Assembly: GCA_964187785.1 (NCBI GenBank)
Contig: OZ076409.1
Span: forward strand, 25,050,001 to 25,114,000
Origin: Amphiscolops sp. MND2022
Lineage: Eukaryota
Length of the DNA stretch: 64,000 nt
Reading direction: 5' to 3'
The notes beneath the pieces were generated by a model. That model worked only from the letters and a program-made list of their open reading frames with translations, had not been told where the DNA came from and did not search any database. The translations under genes and the position numbers were made by a program. Of the stretch, positions 61,376 to 64,000 are shown piece by piece. Position 1 is the first letter of the stretch; the number at the start of each line of letters is the position of its first letter.

Positions 61376-64000
61376 TTAGAAATATTCTATTCCTCCCATT
61401 TTTACTACTCTTTTTGCAGATTTTATTCTATCTGATCTGCGGATCCCTTTTTCTACCACCTTGTTTTCTATATTTTCCCCCCCGTCTAGATTAAGTTCTA
61501 CTACACCTCTATTTGGGGACGTGTGTATTTTTTGTGGCGATCCAGTAGGGGTGTTGTCGAAGTCCTTAGCAGTACGCTTTGTTTTCTCCGTGCTGCAGTC
61601 CACTGGTGGAGATATGGCGGGAGTTTCGTTCTCTCGAGTCTCTTCTGTTGGTTTCACGGCATCGTCGTATTTGATTTCGGCTGTAATGGTTAGTTCCGGA
61701 TCAATGTTTGCCGTGCTCGGTAATTCATCCGCGTGTGATGACTGGCTGTCGGATATTACCGTGATATCCGGTCGTGCTTCGGACCTTTCAATTGGCATTG
61801 TGGGGATGGTTTTATCTGCGCTCGTTGATTGTCCCTGTTGTTCGGAACGGATTCTTTTGTGGGTGTCACATAGATCATCGTGACTGAATCGGCCGCATCT
61901 GGTGCATCTGTTGGTGGGTTTCCTCGGCTCTTCTGTTTTCTTTGCTGGCTGAAATTTAAGGGGGTTAGATGCTAGTTTTTTGTGGATAACCTTTCCATCG
62001 GTTGTGGTTATCGTATGTTTAGTCTCATTAGCTGCGGTTAAAATTTTATTGGTTTTGAACCTGCATTTCATTGCATTGGGCTTGGTATCCTTTTCAAAAA
62101 ATTGGTACCTTTTAAAATTGTCTCTTACCGATCTACCCCTCGTCCTTGATTCATTGAGGACCAAATAATCTGCGAGTTCCCCGTCGGAATCGTGGACTGT
62201 AAAAACTTGTAGCTCCGCCGGTTGTGCTAAAAAATAATTGGTTAATGTTTTCTTCCAGTCCGCTAATAGGCAGGTGGGTTGTCCAATCAGATTGGTGATC
62301 GGTGTGCGCGGTTTTCGTCCGTGGTGTAATTGAAAGGGAGTCATTTTCAGTATGTTGTGTGGTGTTTGTCTAATTGTTTTAATTGCCCTTGCGACGCTTT
62401 CTTCAAAAGTTAGGCCGTCTTCTAAATTGGCTCTTGTTAATGACTTAATTGTGCGTATTGTTCTCTCGACCAATCCGTTTCCCGTATGTAAATTCGGGGT
62501 ACACCTAATTCGTTTAATGTTTTCACCGTTGCAGTAATCTTTAAACTCGTTGCTTTTAAAACAGCTACCGTTGTCGGTGCGTATCGTTTTCGGTGTTCCG
62601 TTATCGGTGCAGTATTTTGTTAAAAACTTTATTACGGTCCGAGAGTCCGTATTTTTGCAAATTTGTGCGGTTGGCCATTTGCTAAAACGGTCGATGGCTA
62701 CTAAAATGTAAATGTCTCCCCGCGATTTTGATTTGATTGGACCGGCGAAGTCCAATTGAATTTCTTGGCCGGGTTCGGTTAAAAGTTCGAGCCTATTTAT
62801 TTCCGTTTGCGGTAATTGTGTTTTTAGATTCTTACCTGCTACTCGGCAACTGGGGCAGTTTTCTGCCTTTTCTCTAATGTCCCGATGTAGTCCCGGCTAC
62901 CAAAATGCTTCTGCTGATTTGTCCATTTTGTTAATCGAGACATGGCCGCTGTGTAGCATGGCAATTATGGTTGACCGCATTGCTTCTGGGATGACGATTC
63001 TATCATTGTAGAATAGTAGTCCAAATCTGGTCTCCAGATGTTCACGGTGTGGTCGGTATGGGAAGAAGATACCGTCTCTTTATCCAGCTTCTAGCGCGAT
63101 GATTGCGTCAAGTATTTTAGTGTCCTGCGCAGTTTCCTCAACTAGTAGAGGTAAATCCATGGAAAAGTCTCTTTCGGCTCTTCTGATCGTTTCGGCTGTT
63201 TTCTCGTTTCGTTCTTCTGGTAGGACATTTCGCTTCGCTGTTTGTTTCAATCTGATAAGATTGATGCTCTCATGTTTTTTGAACTTTTTGAGGATGTTTG
63301 TTGGGCACTTTTCGGTTTTTACGTGGCTAATCTGGCTTTCATTGTCTGACGAGGTGTTTATCCAAGACTCGTGTTGGTTTTCGTTAAATTCCCTGAGTGG
63401 GGTGGTCCCGAGTTTCTCGCAATGGTAAAAGAATCTATTGTAAATCAAGATGTTTAATTTCTCAATTTCTTTTCGATCTTGTTGCGAAGGACGATATTCC
63501 AATATCCGCTCGTTGTCCTTGCCTTTTCCCACAATTCTGGTTCGATTTGGTTGAAGAAGTTTAAATCGTTCGGTCCGTAGACGGCTAGTTTCTGGGGAGT
63601 GTCCCCGTTTTTTGAATATAAACTGTAAATCGATTCCGTTTACTTTATCCATCTTTGACATTTTCGGTGCTTGCGAATCAAAGTTTGAATTGTTTGGTGA
63701 GTCAATATCTTTTTGCGGTGAGAAAGTTTGGATTGAATGTTCGCGGTCGTTTTGTTTGCGTATTTGCGTTCTGCGTTCTGATTGGTCGGAATTCTTTACC
63801 GGTGGTGGTCGTCGCATATGTTGCGTAATATTGCCGTTCGTACGATTGAACTCGAATAGGCCGTATATCTGATTGATTACGAATTCCTCTTCGGCTTCGC
63901 TTTCATCGCCTTCGTGTGGCGTTTCCGTTTCGTGTTCGTGTATGATCGGATGACGGCTTAAGTAATCTGTTAACGGAATGTTTTTACCAGCGGTGTATTG
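61376..64000 (-). pseudogene. pol 3' part of Gypsy element 2 (RNase H end, long linker, integrase), truncated by the window end
   Basis: One frame runs from QYTAGKNIPLTDYLSRHP through MLHSGH...CPSC (zinc-binding) to DFAGP/TDNG/LVERT (DDE). It has two in-frame stops, at 63080-63082 and 62897-62899 (TAG where element 1 has TGG). Confidence 0.95.

Noticed and set aside
62897..63082. Programmed stop-codon read-through in pol
   Set aside because: The TAG corresponds to TGG in element 1, so simple inactivating mutations are more likely.
51181..63872. Plus-strand ORFs over the Gypsy elements as antisense genes or env
   Set aside because: They are shadows of the minus-strand gag/pol frames, and there is no room for env between the integrase stop and the PPT.

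Overview
AT-rich eukaryotic (invertebrate-like) DNA made up almost entirely of repeats; nothing indicates a prokaryotic locus. From left to right: (1) an ~8.4 kb satellite of ~104-bp monomers with ~14-mer higher-order structure; (2) an older, diverged ~175-180-bp tandem array that shares a core motif with the satellite; (3) many copies of a non-autonomous Helentron/DINE-1-like element, some carrying a tRNA-like cassette or a duplicated terminal hairpin; (4) a rearranged, degenerate CR1/L2-type LINE that forms a large inverted repeat; (5) the only credible host-gene fragment, a signal-peptide exon at 25882-26035 with an RR site followed by ASAVEPPIYP; (6) a recent 5.8-kb tandem duplication containing a Mutator-like MITE; (7) two convergent Tigger/pogo relics; (8) two related Gypsy (Mag-like) LTR retrotransposons, one full-length but decayed and one younger and cut by the window end. 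I found no convincing new multi-gene system. The best leads are the secreted-peptide exon, the unusual pol architecture of the Gypsy family and the structure of the Helentron-like family. All calls were made by eye, without database searches, so coordinates of degenerate elements are approximate.
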